Part shown: positions 15,912 to 24,368 of the stretch, in pieces
Layout of the letters: each line of letters opens with the position of its first letter
How positions within the stretch are numbered: position 1 is the first letter of the stretch
NCBI GenBank assembly: GCA_020833025.1
Contig: JAJHRB010000012.1
Coordinates: forward strand, 1-30,386
Direction: 5' to 3'
Source of the DNA: Thermoproteaceae archaeon
GTDB lineage: Archaea; Thermoproteota; Thermoprotei; Thermoproteales; Thermoproteaceae
Length of the DNA stretch: 30,386 bases
Notes under the pieces: model-generated
What the model was told of the DNA's origin: nothing
Seen by the model: only the letters and a program-made list of their open reading frames with translations
Database searches by the model: none
Translations under genes and position numbers: made by a program

Positions 15912-17260
15912 GTGAGCCCGGCCAGTACCGTGCCTATGGCGGTCTTGCTCGCCGCCGCCGTGTTCGGCATCGGCATGGTGGAGAAGAGCGTCTTCGTGCT
16001 GGCGCCGAATCTTTTCGGGGAGGTGGCTTGTGCCGACGGCGGCGTGGTCTACGTCATCACCAGGTACCCTGGCACCGTGGTTCAGGCTGGATCTAAACGG
16101 CACTCTGCTGGGGAGCGCGGCAGTTCACGCCGTTGACTGTGCCGCCTCGGGCGGCAGGCTATACCTCCTGGCCGACCGCCGCCTTTATGTCTTTGACAGG
16201 AATCTCCGCGAGCTGGCAATGGTCGAGCTGGAGGGGCACGCCGCTGTCCTGCCGCGGATCCCTCCCGGCGTTAGAAGTCGCGTGATGGCACTCCGCGGGG
16301 ACAGGCTCTATGTGGTGCTGCACAGCAGAGAGGGGCCCCTCCTCGAGGTCAGAGACGCCGGCACGCTGCGCCTCCTCGACGCGTACAGGCTTCCGAGCGG
16401 CGACGAGTGTGCGTTCTGGGGCCTGGCTGAGGGCAGCGATGTGGTCGCGTACGGCGTGTGCTTAGACCGAGCCGGGAGTAGGTACCTCAAAGTGGTGTGG
16501 CCCGCGGGCAATAGAACTGACGTGCTAAGGCTAAACGTCCCCCTCCACTAAGTTGCTGTCGCTGGGCGGCCGTCTCTACCTAGCCTACGGCTCGACGCTG
16601 GTGATGCTCGGCGGTAATGCGAGCCGGCGCCTCTCCGGCAAGATAACCGACGTGAAGTCGGACGGCCGCTACCTGTACGTGCTCTACTGGGCGTACCCGC
16701 CCAGGCTCGCAAGGCTGTCCCCGGACCTCAGCGCGGCCACAGAGGTCGCGGTGACCGGCGAGGTCCCCTTCGAGCTCGCGATAAGCGGCGACATGCTCTA
16801 CTTAGTGAAGTACGGGCAGCCGCAGCCGCGACTCCCCAAGTGGACGGTAGAGGTGGGCATCGACGCAATTAGACCCGGGAACTACACGCCGGGGGCGATT
16901 GTGTTCTGCTACGCGCCCTCCCCGCTCGACGTAATCTGGCTCGGAACGGGCGGCATACTGATGAGGGGCTGCTGCTGCGTTCCATGCTGCGTCTCCGTGC
17001 AGGGCGCGATCCCGGGGTGGCATAGGCTTGAGGTTCTGTCGCGCGATCTAGCGCTCCTTACCGCGTACAGAGAGCTAACAGAGCTGGGCCACATAACGCC
17101 CTCCCGCCTCAAGGAGATTTACGCCGTGTACGTGGAGCCGGGCAAGACCGCATACGTAATACGCGCAGACCCTGTTGTCGTGTGCCTGGCGGCGCTGGCG
17201 CTCCTGGCCGCGGCCTTTCTTTTAATAAGGCGGAGGCTGAGGGGCTCCCGTGCGGGCTGA
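15912..17260 (+). pseudogene. Exported beta-propeller-like protein with C-terminal TM anchor, broken by two +1 frameshifts
   Basis: ORFs 15891-16136, 16030-16551 and 16553-17260 join if one base is removed near 16078-16083 and one from the C5 run 16539-16543. Repeated G-R-L-Y-(L/V) strand motifs; C-terminal LAALALLAAAFLLIRRR. Confidence 0.62.
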
Positions 17261-17741
17261 GCTGCCCGCCCTCCTGACAGCCGCTTTAGCTCTCGCGGCA
17301 ACCCACTGGGCGCTTGCCGGCGAGCTGTGCATGCAGGGCAATGCGGTGAAAGTCGTCGTAGTCGACTTCTGGGAGAGGCCGGCAGAGTTTCAGTACTACG
17401 TGGTGGCAGACTGGGGCGGGCAGGTCGGCCGCGGGTCTGAGCTGGCTCTCAGACAGGCACGGGGCTGGCTCGTGATTTACATACTGCAGCCCGCCAGGCA
17501 GGGCGGCGTCTACACCGAGTCCGCCGCGTGGCGTGAGCTGGCCGTCGTATTCGCTGAGGGGCGCGTGTGCGCCTCCGGGTTTGACGAGTGCCGCGGCGAG
17601 AGCGGCATATTAACCATCGTCGTGTACCGCGACGGCATCACCTGCCGGGGTGCCGCCGTGATGGCAGCTGCAGTGGCGGCAATGGCGGCCGCCGCGTACG
17701 CGGCGGTCAGGTGGATGCGCGCGAGACGCCGTGGCCGGTAA
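17250..17741 (+). CDS. Small exported single-domain protein with C-terminal TM anchor
   Basis: N-terminal hydrophobic signal, beta-rich core, AAVMAAAVAAMAAAAYAAVRWMRARRR tail. Overlaps both neighbours. Confidence 0.65.
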   Translation: MRAELPALLTAALALAATHWALAGELCMQGNAVKVVVVDFWERPAEFQYYVVADWGGQVGRGSELALRQARGWLVIYILQPARQGGVYTESAAWRELAVVFAEGRVCASGFDECRGESGILTIVVYRDGITCRGAAVMAAAVAAMAAAAYAAVRWMRARRRGR

Positions 17742-19290
17742 GTACATCGCTCTCCTGCTGCTTTTTCTCGCGCCGTTTGCTCACGCCCTGTGTGTCGGGA
17801 ACCACTACGTCTACTTCCCGTACCGCGAGGAGGTTCTCGTGTTCAACAAGGCTGACGGCTCGCTCACACCCGGCGGGTACAGCTTGTCGAAGATAGCCGT
17901 GCCGGTAGAGCCGGGCGGGCGCGTGTGCGCAACTCTCGGCGATGACGTGTATGTAATCGACGGCTACAGCGTGTGGGGCAGCCGCGTCGGCCGCTACCGT
18001 CTCGACGCGCTGGGGGTCTGGGGGCTCGAGGTGCACCGCGGCCATGTCGTTGTCCTTTACACGCAATCCGGGGGAACTGAGGTGCTGTGGCTGACGCCCG
18101 AGCTGAGGCCTGCCGCCAGCTACCAGTTCCCGCCGAGAAGGGGGGCTTCGTACGTGCTTGCGGGCGCTCAGGACGCCTTATGGGTGGTGGAGCGCGACAA
18201 GACGGGGAACCGGAGCGCTGTCTACATGTTCGCCGAGCCGGGCGCGGGCAGAAGGGTGCTCGAGGTGGAGGGGCCTGCTACTCTGGCGAAGGATGGCGCG
18301 GGCAGGGCGTATTTAGTAACGCGCGACGGCGTGTACGCACTGGGCCGCAACATAACGCTGCTGCTCAAGGCCGACCTGCCGGCGGTCGGTAACGTTAGGG
18401 CGTTCGTCCACAGGGGCAGGCTGCTCCTCGCGGAGTATGCGGAGGTAGAGCAGTATGTCGTCAGCGCGCGGATCTCCCGCCGCCTGGTGTCCAGGGTGTG
18501 CGCGCTTGGCGAGACTTGGACTTGCATTTACTTCCCGCAGTACTGGGCGAACGTCGTCGATGTAGAGCTTGACGGCGACCGCCTTTACTTCGCGGTGGTC
18601 GAGCTGCACGTGAGACAGTATGAGTGGTGGGAGAGTGAGAGAGTCCTTATTGCCAGCCATGTGCCGAACGCCACTGTACGCGTTAAAGCCGACGAGAGGC
18701 TTGAAGGCAAGCTCCGCGCGGATGCGATCCCGCTGGCTGTGGGCGGTCTCGGCTTCCGCGAGTTGAGAGTGTTTCCGGGTCGGTATGCGATTTCCGTCTG
18801 GGCATGCGGCGGGCAGTACAGTGAGGAGGTGGAGCTGAAAGACGGCGATCTCTACGAGGTTAAAGTGACAGCGCTCAGGGTGAGAGTAGAAGTGGTAGAC
18901 CTCTGGATGCGACAGGCGCAGGTTCCTATCGCCGTCAGCGGCGACTGCAGCCCGGTCTCGGGCATTGGCGCCGTCGAGACGGACGTCCCGCGGACCGGGG
19001 CCCACCTCACCGTCTACCTCTGGCGTCTCGACAAGCAGGCAGGCACTGTGATAATTACGGCAACGCCGGACGGCAGCGTGACCGCGAGAATTAGCGGCAT
19101 ACGCGGGGACTGCGAGCTAAATGACGGCGTGCTGGTGGTTCGCATTTACAAGGACTACGTCACGTGGCGGGAGCTCGCAATTACGGGCGCGGTCACGGCG
19201 GCGCTGGTGGCGATAATTATCGCGGTAATAAAACTCGCGATTAGGGGCGCGGAGGGATCAGCAGGGCAGCTCGGGGCTCGCACGCGCTGA
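17731..19290 (+). CDS. Exported beta-propeller-like plus beta-sandwich protein with C-terminal TM anchor
   Basis: Signal MAGKYIALLLLFLAPFAHA; repeated DVYV, ALWV, RAYL, RLLL and RLYF strands; PGRYAISV; TM LAITGAVTAALVAIIIAVI. Confidence 0.72.
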   Translation: MAGKYIALLLLFLAPFAHALCVGNHYVYFPYREEVLVFNKADGSLTPGGYSLSKIAVPVEPGGRVCATLGDDVYVIDGYSVWGSRVGRYRLDALGVWGLEVHRGHVVVLYTQSGGTEVLWLTPELRPAASYQFPPRRGASYVLAGAQDALWVVERDKTGNRSAVYMFAEPGAGRRVLEVEGPATLAKDGAGRAYLVTRDGVYALGRNITLLLKADLPAVGNVRAFVHRGRLLLAEYAEVEQYVVSARISRRLVSRVCALGETWTCIYFPQYWANVVDVELDGDRLYFAVVELHVRQYEWWESERVLIASHVPNATVRVKADERLEGKLRADAIPLAVGGLGFRELRVFPGRYAISVWACGGQYSEEVELKDGDLYEVKVTALRVRVEVVDLWMRQAQVPIAVSGDCSPVSGIGAVETDVPRTGAHLTVYLWRLDKQAGTVIITATPDGSVTARISGIRGDCELNDGVLVVRIYKDYVTWRELAITGAVTAALVAIIIAVIKLAIRGAEGSAGQLGARTR

Positions 19291-19773
19291 GACAGTCTCT
19301 TCCTGATAAGAATTGAACGAGTAACGCTGTGTCTCTCTACGAGCCCCCCTACGTAGGGCGAAATATCTGCATCTCTGTCAAAGCCGCCGTACTGGAGCCG
19401 GTGGAGGCCTACCGCCACCTCTGCGGCCAGCCGGAGCCCCACCTCGCTAATCGTCGTCACGGCCTCGCCTAGCCGGTCCGGCGGCATCACGCATCCAGTC
19501 GGCTCTCCCCACGCATCTTCGCGGCGAGACCCACTTCCCCCGGAGAAGTACCTAGCCGGCACGTTCCTGTAACTTACGGCGAGCCCGGCCGCGCAGGCCT
19601 TTAGCGCCTGGTAGGCCTCCTCCCGCCGCGTTTCGCGGCAGGCCATTCTGCAAGAGCCTCTCTGCGAGCTCCGCCCCATGGGCGCCTCCCTGAACCTGTC
19701 CTTCTGGCGCCTTCCGGAATCCGCCCGCGCCTGCCGCCATATCCGTTATTTGGTGCCGTGGGCCCCAACAGCC

Positions 19774-20550
19774 GTGCCGTCGCGCGCGAGCGATATCGCG
19801 GCGGCGCTGAGACGTCTCGGCGTTGAGGGCGCGCTGGCGCTGGAGAGGGCAGACCCGCAGCGCGAGGCCGTTTGCTGCGTGATCCGCAGGCACGGGAGCG
19901 ACGTGGGGACGCGGCTGGCCGTGCTGAACGCGCTGGTGAGCTACATGCTGGCCGGGAGGGGCGAGGAGCACTGGCACTACTTCTGCCTGTACTTCCTCCG
20001 GAGGGAGGTCTCTGACGTGTGCAGGGACTTTGTCGAGTACATTACGTCGAGTCCCTACCTGAAGATCGGCGCCGGGGCGAGAGTCAGGCGCGCGCTCAAG
20101 GCCTGCAACTACAGGCCGGACCTCGAGAGCCCACTAAAGACGCTCTGGGAGCTCTCCGCGCTCCTCGAGGCGGACCCGCGGCAGAAAACGCTACTCTTCG
20201 CCGTCAAGGTGCTCAACTACGCGTACGCGTGCGTCAAGGGCGTCGAGAGGGTTCTGCCCTTCGAGATCCCCATTCCTGTCGACTTCAGGGTTGCCTGGAT
20301 GTCGTGGTGCTCGGGCCTGCTCGACCTCCCCCCTCGTGAGGCGCTGAGACGGCGGGAGACGGTGCAGGCGGCGTGGGATCTCGTCGCCAGGATGAGCGGA
20401 ATACCGCCGCTGCACCTCGACACGGTCCTGTGGCTCGCAGCGCGCGCCGTTCTGTACGGGGAGGACCCGCTCGGCGTGCCCCGCAAGGTCGTCAGGGAGC
20501 TGGCGTGGCGCTGCCCGGGGCGCGAGGGCGGCGACGCCCGGAATCTCTGA
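19774..20550 (+). CDS. Archaeal 8-oxoguanine N-glycosylase/DNA lyase (AGOG family)
   Basis: DPQ, NALVSY-L-GRGEEHW, QKTLLFAVK (catalytic Lys region), IPIPVD (Asp), PPLHLDTVLW. GTG 19774 follows a GTTATTT box. Confidence 0.85.
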   Translation: MPSRASDIAAALRRLGVEGALALERADPQREAVCCVIRRHGSDVGTRLAVLNALVSYMLAGRGEEHWHYFCLYFLRREVSDVCRDFVEYITSSPYLKIGAGARVRRALKACNYRPDLESPLKTLWELSALLEADPRQKTLLFAVKVLNYAYACVKGVERVLPFEIPIPVDFRVAWMSWCSGLLDLPPREALRRRETVQAAWDLVARMSGIPPLHLDTVLWLAARAVLYGEDPLGVPRKVVRELAWRCPGREGGDARNL

Positions 20551-20599
20551 CTCTCAAGACTTAACTGCCGGCGCGCCTCCGCTGCGGACCGGCCGGGGC

Positions 20600-20696
20600 G
20601 GGAGTTGAACTTACTTTCAACTCCCCTGCCGTGTTAGGACGCCCGTCCTAACACGGCGGTCTGCTCCCGGCGGCGGCGCCGTTAACTCCGTTAACG
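20600..20696. repeat. Three tandem perfect inverted repeats between convergent genes
   Basis: GGGAGTTGAA-cttact-TTCAACTCCC (20600-20625); GCCGTGTTAGGAC-gccc-GTCCTAACACGGC (20628-20657); CGTTAAC-tcc-GTTAACG (20680-20696). Confidence 0.85.
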
Positions 20697-20699
20697 CCG

Positions 20700-21389
20700 T
20701 CAGCTCTCCTCGGTCTCGAAGACCGGCTGCGCGAGCCGCCGCGCAAGCCGCTCTAGCTCCTCCTTGATGTTAATGACAAGGAAGCGGACTCTTCCCTCCT
20801 CCACGGCCCTCTTCACCTCCCTCTCGACGCCCGAGAGCCTTGCCGACCTCCCGGTCTTGACCTCCACGAACACTATCTCGTCCACGCGCCCCTCCGAGAG
20901 CCCCCGGAACGCCACGTAGTCAACCGGCGTTCCGATGTGCCTGAGGTCCTTCGGCTCTATGCCGTAGCTCTCGAATATCAAGAGGGGGGCGAGCTCCTCG
21001 CCAACCCGCCCCAGAGTCACCGCGAGACTCCTCTGCACCGCGTCCTGCCTTATTCTCTCCTCGTGCTCTTGCTTCCACCTCTCGAAGAGAGCCTCGTACT
21101 CCCTCCTAATGGCCTCGGCCTTCTCAGACAGCAGCCTGTCGTACTGCGCCTTCAGGCTCTCAAGCTCCCTGGCCCTCCACTCCTCGAAAATCCTCTGCGC
21201 CCTCTCCGCCGCCAGCGCTTCGACGCGCGCCGACAGCTCTCTTATCTTGCTCTCGTACTCCTGTCTCTGTCTCTCGAGCGCCGCCTCGTAATGCCTCTTG
21301 ATCGCCGCAATACTTCTCCTGTGGCGGACCTCGAGAAGCGACAGCAGCGCGAGCAGAGCAAGCAACACTACCACCAGCAACTCGACCAC
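20700..21389 (-). CDS. Holliday-junction-resolvase-like PD-(D/E)xK endonuclease (Endonuc_Holl type) with N-terminal TM and coiled coil
   Basis: R-DAV-RS-AV-LGRVGEELAP...IGTPVDYVAF-G...IVFVEVKTG; N-terminal LLVVVLLALLALLSLL. Confidence 0.8.
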   Translation of the reverse strand: MVELLVVVLLALLALLSLLEVRHRRSIAAIKRHYEAALERQRQEYESKIRELSARVEALAAERAQRIFEEWRARELESLKAQYDRLLSEKAEAIRREYEALFERWKQEHEERIRQDAVQRSLAVTLGRVGEELAPLLIFESYGIEPKDLRHIGTPVDYVAFRGLSEGRVDEIVFVEVKTGRSARLSGVEREVKRAVEEGRVRFLVINIKEELERLARRLAQPVFETEES

Positions 21390-21491
21390 GCGACGGCCGC
21401 AATGCCCGCTTTAAAGTTGTGCAAGCAGGACTGTTGCCTGTGCAAGCGGCTGGGTCGTAAGGCGAGCAGCTAAAAGCCCCGGCGGCAGGAA

Positions 21492-21911
21492 TTGAGGGTG
21501 GACCGCGAGAGGCTGGAGAGAGTCTTGCGGGATCTCGAGCGGGCCGTCAAGTTCATGGAACGCGCGCTGAGCCGCCCGCTCGACGAGTTTGTAAATAATG
21601 ACGAGGCGGTATATGCCGTCAGGTACGCCGTGATAGAGTCCGTGGAGGCCGCCGTTCAGGCCGGCCTGATAATCCTGCGGGGCTCGGGAGCGCGGCCTGG
21701 CAGCTACTGCGAGGTGTTTGAGATGCTGGGCGAGAGGGGCGTCATCCCGCGCGATCTCGCCGCGGCCATGAGGAGATTCGCGGGCCTCAGGAACTTGCTC
21801 GTACACCGCTACTGGGAGGTGGACGACGCCAGGCTCTACAGAGAGCTGAGGGAGGGCGGTCTTGACGTACTTAAGCGGTTCGCAGCTGCGGTGCGTGCTC
21901 AGGTGGTTTGA
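21492..21911 (+). CDS. HepT-like (DUF86) ribonuclease toxin
   Basis: GLRNLLVHRYWEVD (RX4HXY); YAVRYAV...P-SY-EVFE-L. Confidence 0.88.
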   Translation: MRVDRERLERVLRDLERAVKFMERALSRPLDEFVNNDEAVYAVRYAVIESVEAAVQAGLIILRGSGARPGSYCEVFEMLGERGVIPRDLAAAMRRFAGLRNLLVHRYWEVDDARLYRELREGGLDVLKRFAAAVRAQVV

Positions 21912-22314
21912 GCTCGGGCCGGGCGAGCGGGAGGAGGTTGCGAGGAGGCTCGCTGAGGCGCTGAGGGGGGAGGAGAGGGTTGCCCTCGCCTTCCTGTTCG
22001 GGAGCTTCCTGGAGGGGGCCTTCAGAGACGTCGACGTGGCCGTCTACCTGTCGGGCGAGGCGGACCCCCTGGAGGCCGCGGCGTACGCCGAGAGGCTGGC
22101 CGGAAGGCTCTCAGCGCTGGTCGGGCTGCCCGTCGACGTGGTGGTGCTGAACTTCGCGCCGGCGTGGATGAAGAGAAGGGCCATGTCGGGCAGGGAGCTG
22201 CTCGTCAGGGACGAGGCTCTTTACGCGGAGCTCTGGGCCAGCGTGCTCGACGAGGAGCTAGGCCTCTCGGCCTCTTCCCGCGCCTCTAAACTCCAGCCCG
22301 AGCCCCCGGCGTAG
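21895..22314 (+). CDS. MntA-like nucleotidyltransferase antitoxin
   Basis: AFLFGSFLEGAFRDVDVAVY...PVDVVVLN-AP. GTG 21895 overlaps the hepT end. Confidence 0.85.
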   Translation: MLRWFELGPGEREEVARRLAEALRGEERVALAFLFGSFLEGAFRDVDVAVYLSGEADPLEAAAYAERLAGRLSALVGLPVDVVVLNFAPAWMKRRAMSGRELLVRDEALYAELWASVLDEELGLSASSRASKLQPEPPA

Positions 22315-22393
22315 CCCCTAATCAGCACGCGTCAGGAGCGCCGCCCCAAAATCCTAACATACGGTGTTTTTATAGTGACGAAAGTTACATTCT

Positions 22394-22795
22394 GTGGCCG
22401 ACGTCTCAGCCATCGCCTACGACGCGCTCAAGACGGCAGTCGAGCACGCGCTCGGCAAGATAAGGGAGGGCAAGAGGCTTTCCACCGAGGACGTCTTTCT
22501 GCTCTACCTCGGCACAATCGCGGGCGAGCTGAGGGAGCTGAGGGCAGAGATAACCAGGCTTGACCGGCGCATAGACGAGACGAACAGGAGAATAGACGAC
22601 TTAACGAAGTCGCTGTCGGCGAGGATAGACGAGACGAATAGAAGAATCGACGAGATCGCAAAGAGCCTCTCGGCGAGGATAGACGAGACGAACCGGCGTA
22701 TAGATGAGCTGGCAAAGAGAATAGACGCGGTGCAGGCAGCCCTGCTGGAAATACAGAAGCTGTTAATAGAGCTTGTCAGGAGCAGGCAGCAGTAA
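22394..22795 (+). CDS. paREP15-like coiled-coil protein with 18-aa tandem repeats
   Basis: GKRLSTEDVFLLYL followed by about 2.8 copies of RIDETNRRID(D/E)xxKSLSA. TTTTTATAG box at about 22367-22375. Confidence 0.78.
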   Translation: MADVSAIAYDALKTAVEHALGKIREGKRLSTEDVFLLYLGTIAGELRELRAEITRLDRRIDETNRRIDDLTKSLSARIDETNRRIDEIAKSLSARIDETNRRIDELAKRIDAVQAALLEIQKLLIELVRSRQQ

Positions 22796-22850
22796 CAGCA
22801 CGGCCGCCTGGCACCACAAAAAACTACTCGGCGCGCGCCCGGAGGCGTCC

Positions 22851-23115
22851 GTGACGCTGGCGGGCCTCCTCATCGCCGCGGCCCTGGCCCTCACGGCACT
22901 GGCGGTGGCCGCTCCTGCCGTACCTCGCGCGCTTCATCGCCTTTCTTTACCTCCTCGCCCTCGCGGCTCTCCCCCTCATGATTGCCTTCCTGCCGGCCCT
23001 CATCATCCTCCCGCCGCTCGTGCCGTCAGGTGCGGCGCGGGCGACGGGCAGGCCTGCCGGGAGCTCGGAAACAGGCTTGGGGCGCTCCGGAGACCCGGGA
23101 GGGGGTAGCCGTTAG
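22851..23115 (+). pseudogene. Small hydrophobic membrane protein, apparently frameshifted near 22912
   Basis: MTLAGLLIAAALALTALAVAA continues in another frame as LLPYLARFIAFLYLLALAALPLMIAFLPALIIL, ending at TAG 23113-23115. Confidence 0.4.
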
Positions 23116-24368
23116 CGGGCCTCCTCCCCGCCGGCCAGCAGCGCGCGGAGAATCTCCTCCAGCCTCGCCCTCGCCCTCTTGTCAGCTTCCAAGTGGCTCG
23201 GGCACTCAGCCGGGTCCGCCCTTACGAGGTAGATCCTCCGGCCGTCCCTGAGCCTCACCACAGCTACGCCGTCATTCTGCCGCATGTGTCTGTAGAGCTC
23301 GAGAGTCGCCTCATCCTCCGGGTCTGCCCTCCCCTCCTCCAGGTCGGGAAACAGGAGCAGGCCGGCGTCGGCGCCGTACTCGTACATGTACGCCATAGCC
23401 TTAAATCTGCCTAGCGTGATGTACTGCGGCTCGCTGGAGAACTTCGCCTCCACCACGATCCTCCGCCCGCCGTTTATCATGGCGTCGGGCCTGCCCCTGA
23501 GTCTCTCCGCGGGCTCTCCGTCGTAGGAGACGACGAGGGAGGACTCATGGGGCTTGTTGAAGAGTATGCAGACGCGCTGCGTCCCACTCTCGAAGCAGAG
23601 GTCTCCGTCGCGGCAGAGACCGGGGGCGCACTCAGCCTCCGCATAGCCCAGCTCCTTCATGGTCTCGTAGAGGAGGAAGTAGACGTAGATCTCATAGAGC
23701 CGCCAGTCCAGGAACACCACGTCGAGCCCCCTCCCCGCCCTCCCAGCCACGGCGACGCCCCTCAGGAGCCCCCTCAGAACCCAGTAGGAGGCGCAGGCGT
23801 GCCTCAGCCAATCCACGTAGCCCGCATCTCTGCACGTGAGCCAGGTGACGCCACGGGGGAGAGATGCAGACAGGCGCTTGACCTCCCGAATCACGCCGGC
23901 AATCTCGTCCCTCACCTGTCCGGAGATGCCGAGCCGCTCTGCGAGCTCCTTGGCGGTCTTGACGCCCCTCGCCACGAGCCTCCGCAGGAGCAGGTACTCC
24001 GGCGCGTTTAGAGACGAGGGGAGGTAGGTCAGGGAGGCGTATAGCCCGAAGCTCCCCGCCGCGACCGTTCTGGCCACGTCTAAGGCCCCCACGAGATCTC
24101 TGTCGTACACCACCCCGAACTCCCTATAGACGAGCTTGTCCCTCCTCGCCTTGATGACCGCGCGGCGCAGGACATCCAGGGCGTGGAGGGCGGCTTGCGC
24201 CACGACCGTGCTGAACGCCTCAGCTCCGTAGATATCCTCAGGGGCTTCCCTCAGCAGCTTCTCCAGCGCCTCCACTATCCTCCCCCTCTTCGCGTAGTAC
24301 CTAAAGTACTTATCCCCCGCCAGCAGGAGCAGGTTACGCCGGCGCGTCTCCCTAACGCCGCCTGTCAC
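23112..24368 (-). CDS. McrC-like PD-(D/E)xK nuclease
   Basis: GALDVARTV, NAPEYLLL, WRLYEIYV, RPD...VVEAKF, QYITLGRFKAMAYMYEY...LLFP. Coupled (GTGA overlap) downstream of the AAA+ gene. Confidence 0.7.
   Translation of the reverse strand: MTGGVRETRRRNLLLLAGDKYFRYYAKRGRIVEALEKLLREAPEDIYGAEAFSTVVAQAALHALDVLRRAVIKARRDKLVYREFGVVYDRDLVGALDVARTVAAGSFGLYASLTYLPSSLNAPEYLLLRRLVARGVKTAKELAERLGISGQVRDEIAGVIREVKRLSASLPRGVTWLTCRDAGYVDWLRHACASYWVLRGLLRGVAVAGRAGRGLDVVFLDWRLYEIYVYFLLYETMKELGYAEAECAPGLCRDGDLCFESGTQRVCILFNKPHESSLVVSYDGEPAERLRGRPDAMINGGRRIVVEAKFSSEPQYITLGRFKAMAYMYEYGADAGLLLFPDLEEGRADPEDEATLELYRHMRQNDGVAVVRLRDGRRIYLVRADPAECPSHLEADKRARARLEEILRALLAGGEEAR

Noticed and set aside
19291-19680. ORFs 19155-19679 and 19552-19977 on the - strand
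   Set aside because: They overlap real genes, have no recognisable motif and show shadow-ORF composition.
20541-20559. GAATCTC...CTCAAGA resembling the CRISPR repeat start
   Set aside because: Only 7-nt pieces, out of register, and no ATTGAAA handle. Much weaker than the 11248 copy.
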